32,000 nucleotides of DNA from NCBI GenBank assembly GCA_004124385.1, contig SCKN01000008.1, positions 14,648-46,647 on the forward strand, in the 5' to 3' direction. Below, in pieces: positions 8,480 to 17,787 of the stretch. The notes under the pieces were generated by a model. The model did not search any database, was not told where the DNA came from, and was given only the letters and a program-made list of their open reading frames with translations. A program made the translations under genes and the position numbers. Origin of the DNA: Fidelibacterota bacterium (GTDB taxonomy: Bacteria; Fidelibacterota; Marinisomatia; Marinisomatales; TCS55). Position 1 is the first letter of the stretch; the number at the start of each line of letters is the position of its first letter.

Positions 8480-9643
8480 TCACAATGCATTCATTAAATC
8501 ATTTTTCAAATCACTGAAATCCTCGATACCAACAGATAAACGGATGAGCCCCTCTGTAATACTCAAATCAAATTTTTTTTCTTCTGGGAGATCTCTATGT
8601 GTCATATTAAACGGATTTGAAATTAAACTTTCAACCCCTCCCAAACTTTCTGCTAATAAAAATATATTCAGTTTGGCTAAAAAGTTATTTCTTGCTTGAA
8701 TAGTACCAAGATCAATGGAAATTATGCTCCCAAATATAGGTTTACCATCAGGCGTCAATTGTTGTTTAGAAGCTAAATCATGTTGTGGAAATGATGCCAA
8801 TCCCGGATAGATCACTCTATCTAAATTTTGTTCTGCCAACCACTGAGCCAGTTTCATTGCTGTATCACATTGTCGCTGGACTCTTAATGACAATGTTTTA
8901 GTCGAACGTAATAGCAGCCAGCAATCGAAGGCGCTGGGAATGGCACCACCTGATTTTTGAATAAAATGCAGATTTTCAGCCAATTCATTTTTATTGGTGA
9001 TCAAAACACCACCCAGCAAATCACTGTGACCGCCAATAAATTTTGTTGAACTGTGCATAACAATATCAGCACCTAGTTCCAAGGGCCGTTGTCCATAAGG
9101 GCTCATAAAAGTATTATCTACTCCGAAAAGGATATCTTTGCTTTTGCAAATTTCAGAAAGTGATCGAACATCCGTTATTTCCAATAATGGATTCGTAGGC
9201 GTTTCGATAAAAACCATTTTTGTATTAGATTTGATTGATTGTTCTACTTTTTCTAATTCTTTTGTATCAACAAAATCAATTTCAAACCCATGGCGTTTAA
9301 ACACCTTTTCTAACACACGGTAAGTGCCGCCGTAAGTATTGCGCGAAACAATAAAATGGTCTCCTGCATCGAACGTTTGAAATAAAGCAGTCGTTGCAGC
9401 CATACCAGAAGAAAATGCAATGCCGTGGGCCCCGCCCTCTAACGATGCTATATTTTGTTCATGCATTCTTCGCGTTGGATTGTTTGCACGGGAATAATCA
9501 TAGCCTTTATTTTTGGATACACTTTCCTGCTTATATGTAGAAGTAGCGTAGATAGGTGGTATAACAGCGCCCGTTTCCTTATCGGCTTTATTCCCTACAT
9601 GAACAGCTTTTGTATTAAAACCTAATTTATCTGTTTTGCTCAA
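8480..9643 (-). CDS. Cys/Met-metabolism PLP-dependent enzyme (cystathionine gamma-synthase/gamma-lyase/beta-lyase family)
   Basis: The family pattern is present throughout: FNTKAVHVG, YSRANNPT, a SSGMAATT-type segment, and the PLP-lysine box HSSTKFIGGHSD. The only start upstream of the conserved N-terminus is TTG at 9643..9641, which overlaps the secA TGA (cTTGAg). Confidence 0.85.
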   Translation of the reverse strand: MSKTDKLGFNTKAVHVGNKADKETGAVIPPIYATSTYKQESVSKNKGYDYSRANNPTRRMHEQNIASLEGGAHGIAFSSGMAATTALFQTFDAGDHFIVSRNTYGGTYRVLEKVFKRHGFEIDFVDTKELEKVEQSIKSNTKMVFIETPTNPLLEITDVRSLSEICKSKDILFGVDNTFMSPYGQRPLELGADIVMHSSTKFIGGHSDLLGGVLITNKNELAENLHFIQKSGGAIPSAFDCWLLLRSTKTLSLRVQRQCDTAMKLAQWLAEQNLDRVIYPGLASFPQHDLASKQQLTPDGKPIFGSIISIDLGTIQARNNFLAKLNIFLLAESLGGVESLISNPFNMTHRDLPEEKKFDLSITEGLIRLSVGIEDFSDLKNDLMNAL

Positions 9644-12600
9644 GCTGCTTTCTTATATCCTTTATTGATGTAATCTTGTAACTTTTTATGTTTAATAATT
9701 ATTTCTTCTCCGCTTGGACTTATCATTTTGACTTTTTCATTTCGTCCGATTTTACCTTTAACATGTATAGGTGCGCTTGAGGCTTGCTGTGGCCGATTGG
9801 GTTGCTGTCTTTCTTGGGGCTGGGTAGCCATACCCATACCTATTGTTTCTTGATGCTGGAGCTGTACATTTCTGGGCGAATGTTGCTGCGTCTGGGGTTG
9901 TTGCTCCACGCCTTGTAATTGTGTTCTGAATAACCGCTGCAATGTAATTTTATTTGTGGAGGACATCATGTCTCTGAACATTTGAAATCCTTCAGATTTA
10001 TATTCTAATAATGGATTTTTTTGACCATACGCACGAAGGTTTATTCCTTCCCTTAATTGATCCATTCCATAAAGATGGTCTTTCCATTTTTCATCAATTG
10101 AACGTAAAATTATAAATCGTTCAAAACTACGCATAACATTTTCAGGGATTAGAGCTTCTCTTGCTTGATACATTGCAACAGCATCGTCCATTATTTTCTT
10201 ATGAAAATCATCATCACTCATTTCATTACCATTCTCCAGCATAAGCTCATCCGAACTTGCATCCACCATAAGAACGGATGAAAAAATATGCTTTAAATGC
10301 TCCCAATCCCAATCAAGGGGATTATCACTGTTTTGGGCTTCAAATTCATCATCAATAAAATCAGAAATCAGATTCAAAACAGTTTCACGCAGATTTTTAC
10401 CTTGCAATGCTTGATTTCGTAAATCATAAACAACCTGACGCTGCTGATTCATTACGTCATCATATTCAAGTAAATGTTTACGGATTCCAAAATTGCGCTG
10501 CTCCACTTTTTTTTGCGCATTGCTTATGGCTCGGGTAACCATCTTATGGGTTATCACTTCTCCTTCTTCAACGCCCATCCTATCCATAATAGAAGCGACT
10601 CTTTCAGAATTGAATAACCGCATTAAATCATCTTCCAACGACATATAAAATCGTGATGAACCTGGGTCACCTTGACGGCCAGAACGGCCTCGTAGCTGAT
10701 CATCAATTCTGCGTGATTCATGTCTTTCAGTTCCCAGAATGTGTAGTCCGCCTAATTCTATGACACCTTCACCTAATTTAATATCTGTACCACGACCAGC
10801 CATATTTGTGGCAATAGTTACGGCTCCAAGTTGTCCTGCCATGGTAACAATTTCGGCTTCGCTTTTGTGCTGTTTAGCATTTAAAACATTATGGGGAATC
10901 CCTCGGCGTTTGAGCATTCTGGAAAGCAATTCTGATGCTTCAACTGAAATTGTACCCACCAAAGACGGCTGACCTTTGTGATGAATTTCAGCAATTTCTT
11001 CAATGACTGCATTATATTTTTCACGTTTTGTTTTAAAAACCAAATCTTCACGATCATCACGTATAACAGATTCGTTGGTTGGAATCACCATAACATCCAA
11101 ATCATAAATACTCCCTAATTCTTCTGCTTCAGTCTCTGCCGTTCCTGTCATCCCGGATAATTTATCATACATCCTAAAATAATTTTGAATCGTAATGGTA
11201 GCCAAAGTTTGTGTTTCTCGTTTGATTTCAACATTTTCTTTGGCTTCGATGGCTTGGTGCAAACCATCACTATAACGGCGTCCTGGAAGAATTCGCCCAG
11301 TAAATTCATCCACAATAAGTACTTGGCCATCCTGAACAACATATTCAACATCTTTTTCATAAAGTGTTTGGGCCCGTAATAATTGATTGATTGTATGTAT
11401 CTTTGAACTTCGTTCAGCATGGAGTTGATGTGCTTTTTCTTTTTCCTGCTGTTTTTGGATTGTATCTAATGAATCGTTTTCATCAATATCTTGAAGAAGT
11501 TCTCCGATATCTGGAATAACAAACATATCTGGATTATCAGGAGCTAATGCTTCCCGCCCTTTATCTGTAATATCAATGACGTGTGTTTTTTCATCGATAC
11601 TGAAAAAAAGATCTTCGTCAACTTCATGCAATTTTTTATCGCGTAAATAATTAGATTCAATGGATAGAGTCAATGTCTGCATACCTTTTTCCTGGAAAAC
11701 CTTTAACAACCGTTTATGTTTTGGCATGCCTCTAGAAGCCTGTAAAAGTTTTAATCCCGCTTCGTCATCTTTTTCACTTTCAAGAAGTTTTTCTGCACTT
11801 TGTACTAATTCTGTCACAAGAGATTGCTGTTGTCTAACTAAATTTTTCACCAAGGGTGTAAGATCGCGGGATGTTGTATCTACAGGTGCATCAACAGCTC
11901 CAGAAATGATTAGTGGCGTTCTAGCTTCATCAATAAGAACACTATCTACTTCATCGACTATAGCATAAAAATGATCGCGTTGAACTTTCTCTTCTGCCGA
12001 TAAAGCCATATTATCACGAAGATAATCGAATCCAAATTCATTATTGGTTCCATATGTAATATCACAATTATACGCTGCTTGTCTTGCGTCATTATCCATC
12101 GAATTCAGTATAAAACTAACGGTTAAACCAAGACGCTTATAAACTTCACCCATCCATTCAGCATCACGTTGAGCGAGATAATCATTTACTGTAATTAAAT
12201 GAGCACCACGTCCAGCAAGGGCATTTAAATAAAGGGGCATTGTGGCAGCCAATGTTTTTCCTTCACCTGTTTTCATTTCGGCTACTTTTCCCTTATGCAG
12301 AGCAAGCGCTCCAACAATCTGAACATCGTAAGGAATCATTTCCCATTTAAGATCTTGACCAACAACACGCCATGACTGTCCCATAAGGCGTCTACATGAT
12401 TCTTTAACAATAGCAAATGCTTCTGGAAGAAATTCGTCTAATTTTTCCCCTTCAACCTTAAGAATTACTTTGTTGAGCTCCTCCGATGTCAAATCTTTTG
12501 CTTCACCCTTTTCTTTGGCAGATTTTCTCGCAGATATAATTTCATTTCGAATCTCTGCAGTGCGTTTGACTAGATCATCATCTGATTTTCCATTCAGAGT

Positions 12601-12696
12601 TTCATAAATAGCATTTATTTCATCCACTATGGGTTTTAAATTTTTTGTATCTCGTTCAGATTTTGTACCTAAAATCTTTTTCAAAATATTGATCAT
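9640..12696 (-). CDS. secA: Preprotein translocase ATPase SecA
   Basis: Unmistakable SecA sequence: the Walker A-containing MKTGEGKTL, the DEAD-like DEVDSVLIDEARTPLIISG, and TNMAGRGTDIKLG. Length is 1018 aa. Confidence 0.97.
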   Translation of the reverse strand: MINILKKILGTKSERDTKNLKPIVDEINAIYETLNGKSDDDLVKRTAEIRNEIISARKSAKEKGEAKDLTSEELNKVILKVEGEKLDEFLPEAFAIVKESCRRLMGQSWRVVGQDLKWEMIPYDVQIVGALALHKGKVAEMKTGEGKTLAATMPLYLNALAGRGAHLITVNDYLAQRDAEWMGEVYKRLGLTVSFILNSMDNDARQAAYNCDITYGTNNEFGFDYLRDNMALSAEEKVQRDHFYAIVDEVDSVLIDEARTPLIISGAVDAPVDTTSRDLTPLVKNLVRQQQSLVTELVQSAEKLLESEKDDEAGLKLLQASRGMPKHKRLLKVFQEKGMQTLTLSIESNYLRDKKLHEVDEDLFFSIDEKTHVIDITDKGREALAPDNPDMFVIPDIGELLQDIDENDSLDTIQKQQEKEKAHQLHAERSSKIHTINQLLRAQTLYEKDVEYVVQDGQVLIVDEFTGRILPGRRYSDGLHQAIEAKENVEIKRETQTLATITIQNYFRMYDKLSGMTGTAETEAEELGSIYDLDVMVIPTNESVIRDDREDLVFKTKREKYNAVIEEIAEIHHKGQPSLVGTISVEASELLSRMLKRRGIPHNVLNAKQHKSEAEIVTMAGQLGAVTIATNMAGRGTDIKLGEGVIELGGLHILGTERHESRRIDDQLRGRSGRQGDPGSSRFYMSLEDDLMRLFNSERVASIMDRMGVEEGEVITHKMVTRAISNAQKKVEQRNFGIRKHLLEYDDVMNQQRQVVYDLRNQALQGKNLRETVLNLISDFIDDEFEAQNSDNPLDWDWEHLKHIFSSVLMVDASSDELMLENGNEMSDDDFHKKIMDDAVAMYQAREALIPENVMRSFERFIILRSIDEKWKDHLYGMDQLREGINLRAYGQKNPLLEYKSEGFQMFRDMMSSTNKITLQRLFRTQLQGVEQQPQTQQHSPRNVQLQHQETIGMGMATQPQERQQPNRPQQASSAPIHVKGKIGRNEKVKMISPSGEEIIIKHKKLQDYINKGYKKAA

Positions 12697-12698
12697 AA

Positions 12699-13133
12699 TT
12701 AGTCAGCTTTAACCTGTTTAGATTTTTTTAAAATAAATTGTTTATAAATAGAATCTAAAATACCATTAACAAAACTGAAACTTTCTTCCGTGCTGTATTC
12801 TTTAGCGATTTCGATTGCTTCACTCATGGCTACTTTCGGGGGAACATCTTTAATAAATAACATTTCTGTAATAGACATTCGTAAAATCATTTTATCCAGC
12901 AAAGCAACGCGACTGAATTCCCAATTTTTAAGGTATTTTTCAATTAATTTATCACTTTCATCCGCATGAGCAATGGATTCAACAAAAAGCAATCGAATAA
13001 AATTTTTACTACTTTTATCGTATTTTTCTCGTTTGTAAACATCCTTGAGAATTTTCTCATTATCTTCGTGGGTTTGAACGGCAGCATATAATGCGCCGAG
13101 TACTCCGATTCTAGCTTTGCGTCTGGAGTGCAT
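12699..13133 (-). CDS. nusB: Transcription antitermination factor NusB (start moved to the ATG at 13133)
   Basis: MHSRRKARIGVLGALYA is the typical NusB N-terminus (RRxAR..L.aLY). It also has the ...EIAKEYSTEESFSFVNGILD C-terminal pattern. The track's start at 13148 is a TTG five codons upstream. Confidence 0.85.
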   Translation of the reverse strand: MHSRRKARIGVLGALYAAVQTHEDNEKILKDVYKREKYDKSSKNFIRLLFVESIAHADESDKLIEKYLKNWEFSRVALLDKMILRMSITEMLFIKDVPPKVAMSEAIEIAKEYSTEESFSFVNGILDSIYKQFILKKSKQVKAD

Positions 13134-13166
13134 TATCAATAATCCCAATTTCTCATAATCTGTTGA

Positions 13167-14195
13167 TCAATCAACTGATTGTAGCCAGTTAAATGTATCT
13201 TCACGTTCTTCTCTCTGAATCCCAATCAGTAATGATCGTAATTCATTTGTTATTTTACCGATTTTTTCCCCATTAATAATATATTCTTTGTTATCGCTAG
13301 CAATTTTACCAACCGGTGTAACAACAACTGCTGTTCCTGTACAAAAAACTTCATCTGCAGTACACACTTCATTTAATGTTACATCCGTTTCCTGTACATC
13401 AATTTCTAGTATCTCTCTCGCGAGAGTAAGAACAGAATCTCTTGTAACGCCAGGCAAAATAGAGCCGGCAAGCTTGGGAGTTTTTAATACATTATCTTTA
13501 ATAATAAACATATTAGCTGCACCTGCTTCTTCAATTAACTCTTCATCCCCAGCATTTAAATAAATAACTTCATCGTACCCTTCATTTTTTGCCTTTATAA
13601 GTGGCAGTAAAGATGCTGAATAATTTCCAATTGCTTTCACATTGCCGATTCCTTTGGGAGCGGCCCTGTGATAATCATTTGTTACAAGGAGATTCAGGGG
13701 TTTGATATCTCCTTTAAAGTAAGGGCCTACTGGAGATGCATAAACTATAAATGTATATTCGTCTACTGGCTTGACTCCTAAAACAGGTGCGGTGCCCCAA
13801 ACGACTGGTCGAAGGTATAAGCTACCCTTTCCATTAGGAGGAATGTAATCTAAATTATCTTTTACAGTTGCGAGTACAGCACGCAGAAATAAATCTTTAT
13901 CCATCGCGGGCATGCACAACCGTTGTGAAGACATGGAAATCCTCTTGGCATTCATATCAGGCCTGAATATTACAATCCGGTTTTTAATTGTCCTATACGC
14001 TTTCATCCCTTCGAATACACCTTGTCCGTAGTTCAAAACACCCGCTGCAGGTGAAAGTTCGATATTACCAAAAGGGATTAATCCCCCTGTAGACCATGAG
14101 CCCTCTCTTTTACAAACGGCTTTGTACATACTTCTGGTTTCAGTCAGGTTAAAACCAAGGCTGTCCCAATCAATTGCTTTTGGATCTATTCCCAT
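13167..14195 (-). CDS. ilvE: Branched-chain amino acid aminotransferase (fold-type IV, long form)
   Basis: Family pattern LNYGQGVFEGMKAY, plus GSLYLRPVVWG, GNYSASLL and GVTRDSVL. Length is 342 aa. Confidence 0.9.
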   Translation of the reverse strand: MGIDPKAIDWDSLGFNLTETRSMYKAVCKREGSWSTGGLIPFGNIELSPAAGVLNYGQGVFEGMKAYRTIKNRIVIFRPDMNAKRISMSSQRLCMPAMDKDLFLRAVLATVKDNLDYIPPNGKGSLYLRPVVWGTAPVLGVKPVDEYTFIVYASPVGPYFKGDIKPLNLLVTNDYHRAAPKGIGNVKAIGNYSASLLPLIKAKNEGYDEVIYLNAGDEELIEEAGAANMFIIKDNVLKTPKLAGSILPGVTRDSVLTLAREILEIDVQETDVTLNEVCTADEVFCTGTAVVVTPVGKIASDNKEYIINGEKIGKITNELRSLLIGIQREEREDTFNWLQSVD

Positions 14196-14197
14196 TT

Positions 14198-15340
14198 CTA
14201 ATTTCCTAAAATTTCTCGTGCGATTACTAATTGCAGAATCTCAGATGTGCCTTCATAGATTTGCGTAATCTTGGCATCGCGCATTAATCGTTCCACACCA
14301 TATTCCTGCATATAACCATAACCGCCATAAATCTGTACACATTCTGTTGCATTATCCATGGCTGTTTGCGATGCAAATACTTTCGCCATGGCCGCTTCCT
14401 TGCTAAATGATTTACCTTCATCTTTTAATTTTGCAGCTCGGTGAATGAGCAATCTGGATGCATCCACATTGGTGGCCATAGTTGCAATTTTATCCTTTAT
14501 AGCGCCAAAAGAACCAATCGTTTTGCCAAACTGTTTTCGTTCGTTTGCATACTCCACTGATCGATCTAGGGCTTCCTTGGCGATGCCCAATGCTTGGCTG
14601 GCAATCCCAATGCGACCGCCATCAAGAACTCCCAATGCTACCTTGAATCCCTTGCCTTCATCACTAATTAAATTTTCGACAGGAACTTTGCAATCATCAA
14701 AATATAATTCACACGTATCCGAACCGCGAATGCCCAGTTTATCTTCTTTTTTACCACGAGATAAACCTGGGGTGTCTTTTTCAACAATCAAAGCAGAAAT
14801 CCCTTTATGACCTACACCTTTTTCAGTCATTAAAAATACAACTACAAGGTCAGAACTAATGCCATTACTCACCCAGTTTTTTGTTCCATTTATCACATAT
14901 TGATCCCCATCTTTTACAGCATATGTAAGCATATTGCTGGCATCTGAGCCTGATTGCGGTTCACTCAAAGAAAAAGCGCCCAGCCATTCACCCGCAGCTA
15001 ACTTTTTCAAATATTTCTCACGTAGGCCATCGTTTGCGTATTTATATAATAATTGGCACACTAATGAATTATTTACTGACATAATAACGCCCATGGAAGC
15101 ATCCGCCGCACTAATCTCTTCCATGGCGATACAGTAACTTATTGTATCAAAACCAGCTCCGCCCCATTCTTCGGGAATCATCATACCCATAAAACCTAAC
15201 TCCCCTAGCAATTTTAATTGTTCTTTGGGGAATTCAGCTTTTTCATCCCGATCTATTACTCCCGGAGATAAATGTTCTCGTGCAAAATCGCGAGCTGTTT
15301 TTTGAATTAGCTGCTGTTCTTCTGTGTACGAAAAATCCAT
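14198..15340 (-). CDS. Acyl-CoA dehydrogenase (short/branched-chain type). I trimmed the start from the track's 15388.
   Basis: MDFSYTEEQQLIQKTARDFA is a typical ACAD N-terminus. It also has GAFSLSEPQSGSDA and the catalytic-base region IYEGTSEI. The ATG at 15340 overlaps the thiolase TGA by 1 nt (TGATG). The 16 extra codons in the track would overlap the thiolase gene. Confidence 0.9.
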   Translation of the reverse strand: MDFSYTEEQQLIQKTARDFAREHLSPGVIDRDEKAEFPKEQLKLLGELGFMGMMIPEEWGGAGFDTISYCIAMEEISAADASMGVIMSVNNSLVCQLLYKYANDGLREKYLKKLAAGEWLGAFSLSEPQSGSDASNMLTYAVKDGDQYVINGTKNWVSNGISSDLVVVFLMTEKGVGHKGISALIVEKDTPGLSRGKKEDKLGIRGSDTCELYFDDCKVPVENLISDEGKGFKVALGVLDGGRIGIASQALGIAKEALDRSVEYANERKQFGKTIGSFGAIKDKIATMATNVDASRLLIHRAAKLKDEGKSFSKEAAMAKVFASQTAMDNATECVQIYGGYGYMQEYGVERLMRDAKITQIYEGTSEILQLVIAREILGN

Positions 15341-16521
15341 CAAATTTTTTCCACAATTAATGCTGATGCTTCGCCGCCGCCAATACATAACGTCGCTAAT
15401 CCTGTTTTGGCATTATTTTTCTCCATAGCATGAATCAACGTGGTTAATATTCGTGCTCCGCTAGCACCAATAGGATGCCCCAGAGCAATTGCGCCTCCAT
15501 TTATATTGACTTTATTTACATCTAAATTAAAATCATCAATAGCTGCCATGGTGACAGGAGCAAACGCTTCATTTATTTCCCAGAGATCAATACTTTCTGC
15601 GTTGATTCCGGCTTTTTCCAAAACGTTTTTTATCGCTTTGCTGGGTGCAGTTGTAAACCATTCCGGCTCATGAGCTACCGATACTTGGGCAATAATTTTT
15701 ACTATTGGCTTGAGTCCAAGTTCTTCGGCTTTTTCTGATGACATCATCAACACTGCGGAGGCTCCATCATTTATCTTGGATGCATTAGCTGCAGTGATTG
15801 TACCGTCCTTTTCAAATGCCGGTTGCAATGTTTTCATTTTTTCAAAATTAGCTTTGCCGGGTTCTTCATCTTCTGTAACTACAATCGAACCTCCCTTACG
15901 TTGGGGAACCTCTACAGCAATAATTTCATCGATAAACAAACCTTCCGATTGGGCGTTAATTGCTCGACTGTATGATTGCTCTGCAAATTCATCTTGTTCT
16001 TTACGGGTATAATTCTTTTCCCGAGCACATAGCTCCGCACAATTACCCATATGTTGATCATTGTATACATCCCACAATCCATCTTTAATAATACTGTCTT
16101 CAACAGAACCATGCCCTAAACGCTGTCCTGTTCTTCCTTTCGGAAGCAAATATGGAGCGGCAGACATATTTTCCATTCCGCCAGCAATCACGATGTCGGA
16201 ATCACCGCATTGAATTGCCTGGGCTCCCAGCATAACTGCTTTTAAACCAGATCCGCACATTTTATTTATCGTAAGGCATTCAACACTGTTTGGTAGGCCG
16301 GCAAAAAGAGCTGCCTGTCGTGCGGGTGCTTGGCCCAGGCCTGCTGCAAGAACATTGCCCATAATTACTTCATTTACATGATTGACATCCAAACCCGTTT
16401 CGTCTAATAAAGCTTTTATAGCAACAGCACCAAGTTTTGGTGCGGGAATAGAAGATAAACTGCCTTGAAAAGCACCCACGGGTGTGCGTTTAGCTGCAAT
16501 GATTACAACATTTGGATTCAT
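15340..16521 (-). CDS. Acetyl-CoA C-acetyltransferase (thiolase II)
   Basis: The active-site Cys box is INKMCGSGLKA. The C-terminal boxes are NINGGAIALGHPIGASGARI and CIGGGEA. Confidence 0.93.
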   Translation of the reverse strand: MNPNVVIIAAKRTPVGAFQGSLSSIPAPKLGAVAIKALLDETGLDVNHVNEVIMGNVLAAGLGQAPARQAALFAGLPNSVECLTINKMCGSGLKAVMLGAQAIQCGDSDIVIAGGMENMSAAPYLLPKGRTGQRLGHGSVEDSIIKDGLWDVYNDQHMGNCAELCAREKNYTRKEQDEFAEQSYSRAINAQSEGLFIDEIIAVEVPQRKGGSIVVTEDEEPGKANFEKMKTLQPAFEKDGTITAANASKINDGASAVLMMSSEKAEELGLKPIVKIIAQVSVAHEPEWFTTAPSKAIKNVLEKAGINAESIDLWEINEAFAPVTMAAIDDFNLDVNKVNINGGAIALGHPIGASGARILTTLIHAMEKNNAKTGLATLCIGGGEASALIVEKI

Positions 16522-16556
16522 AGTTTACCCTTTAAAATGTGTGTATATAGCAATTG

Positions 16557-16586
16557 GAAATGGTTGTTAAGTGTACCAACCATTTC
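16557..16586. promoter_or_regulatory. Perfect 10-bp inverted repeat (GAAATGGTTG-N10-CAACCATTTC) in the leader or promoter region of the thiolase operon
   Basis: Read directly from the sequence: arms at 16557..16566 and 16577..16586. The repeat ends 36 nt upstream of the thiolase ATG at 16521. No T-tract follows on either strand, so it is not a canonical terminator. Confidence 0.3.
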
Positions 16587-16762
16587 ATAACTAAAGCACA
16601 GTAGCTCCAAAAAGCACTGATTTATGTAAAAAAACATCGTTTATTTAATAATTGTCTGTTTAAATCTCGGGCAATTTATTGCTAAAAATTGCGCCAAAAG
16701 TTAGTATAATTTATTCCGAGATACATGGATTTTTACTCTATTAATACAGTCGCTTAAAATGG

Positions 16763-17710
16763 CTACTTATTTCCACCATTCGCCTTATCATAAGCTTTTA
16801 TGATATCCCGAACCAGTTTATGGCGCACTACATCATTTTCATTTAGCTCTACAAAACCAATACCATCCACACCTTTTAAGACATTCAAAACATCAATTAA
16901 CCCGGAGTCAGAATTTTTGGGTAAATCAATCTGGGTTATATCCCCGGTTATGATTGCTTTGGAATTAACGCCGAGGCGAGTCAAAAACATTTTCATCTGC
17001 ATGAGTGTCGAATTTTGCGCTTCATCCAAAATCAGAAAAGCATTGTTCAATGTCCGGCCGCGCATATACGCCAAGGGAATAACTTCAATAATGTTTTTAT
17101 TTAAAATCAATTTAAGTTTGTTGGTCGGCACCATTTCATTCAGTGCATCGTATAGTGGCGTCAAGTATGGGTCTACTTTATCTCTCAAATCACCCGGCAA
17201 GAATCCAAGACTCTCTCCTGCTTCAACAGCCGGCCGACATAAAATAATACGAGTCACATCATGATTTTCCAGAGCTGCAACTGCAAAAGCAACTGCAATA
17301 AATGTTTTACCCGTTCCCGCAGGACCCACAGAAAAAACGATATCATTATTATTAACCATGCCTACATAGTTTTTCTGTCCGGATGTCCTAGGAACGATGG
17401 CTCCTTTTCTGCCATAATGAATTACATCATCAGGAACGTCTTCTTTATGTCCGTTTTCAGAACGAGTCATTTTAATCAGTTGGTGAACATCTTTTTTAGT
17501 TAAAACCCCTTTACGACTCAGGGTCTGAATCATTTCATGGATAATCTCATGTACCATTTCCACATCATCTTTTTGTCCATCCAATTTTATTTCATTTCCC
17601 CTTACCAAAATGTCTGTAGAAAATGTATCGTTTAACAAACGAACATGGGTATCGGCTACTCCGAGAAGAGTCTGTAAATCAACTCCTTTTAATGTAATAG
17701 TCTTCTTCAT
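16763..17710 (-). CDS. phoH: PhoH-like ATPase (PhoH/YbeZ family)
   Basis: Walker A is GPAGTGKT. It also has ILDEAQN, RGRTLNNAF and the ITGDITQIDLP box typical of PhoH-like proteins. Confidence 0.9.
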   Translation of the reverse strand: MKKTITLKGVDLQTLLGVADTHVRLLNDTFSTDILVRGNEIKLDGQKDDVEMVHEIIHEMIQTLSRKGVLTKKDVHQLIKMTRSENGHKEDVPDDVIHYGRKGAIVPRTSGQKNYVGMVNNNDIVFSVGPAGTGKTFIAVAFAVAALENHDVTRIILCRPAVEAGESLGFLPGDLRDKVDPYLTPLYDALNEMVPTNKLKLILNKNIIEVIPLAYMRGRTLNNAFLILDEAQNSTLMQMKMFLTRLGVNSKAIITGDITQIDLPKNSDSGLIDVLNVLKGVDGIGFVELNENDVVRHKLVRDIIKAYDKANGGNK

Positions 17711-17787
17711 CTTTTAGAGATTCTGTATTAAGTTTTCAGCCTTAAGAAACAAGTAGAAAACCAGTACGGTAAAAAATACGTTCTTGT

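Noticed and set aside
15341-15388. N-terminal 16 codons of track ORF 14198..15388 (MYWRRRSISINCGKNL)
   Set aside because: They overlap the 3' end of the thiolase gene. The ATG at 15340 gives a canonical acyl-CoA dehydrogenase N-terminus and a TGATG coupling junction.
16672-16692. GCAATTT-N7-AAATTGC inverted repeat downstream of phoH as its terminator
   Set aside because: The stem is short and no T-tract follows on the minus strand. It is not distinguishable from chance.
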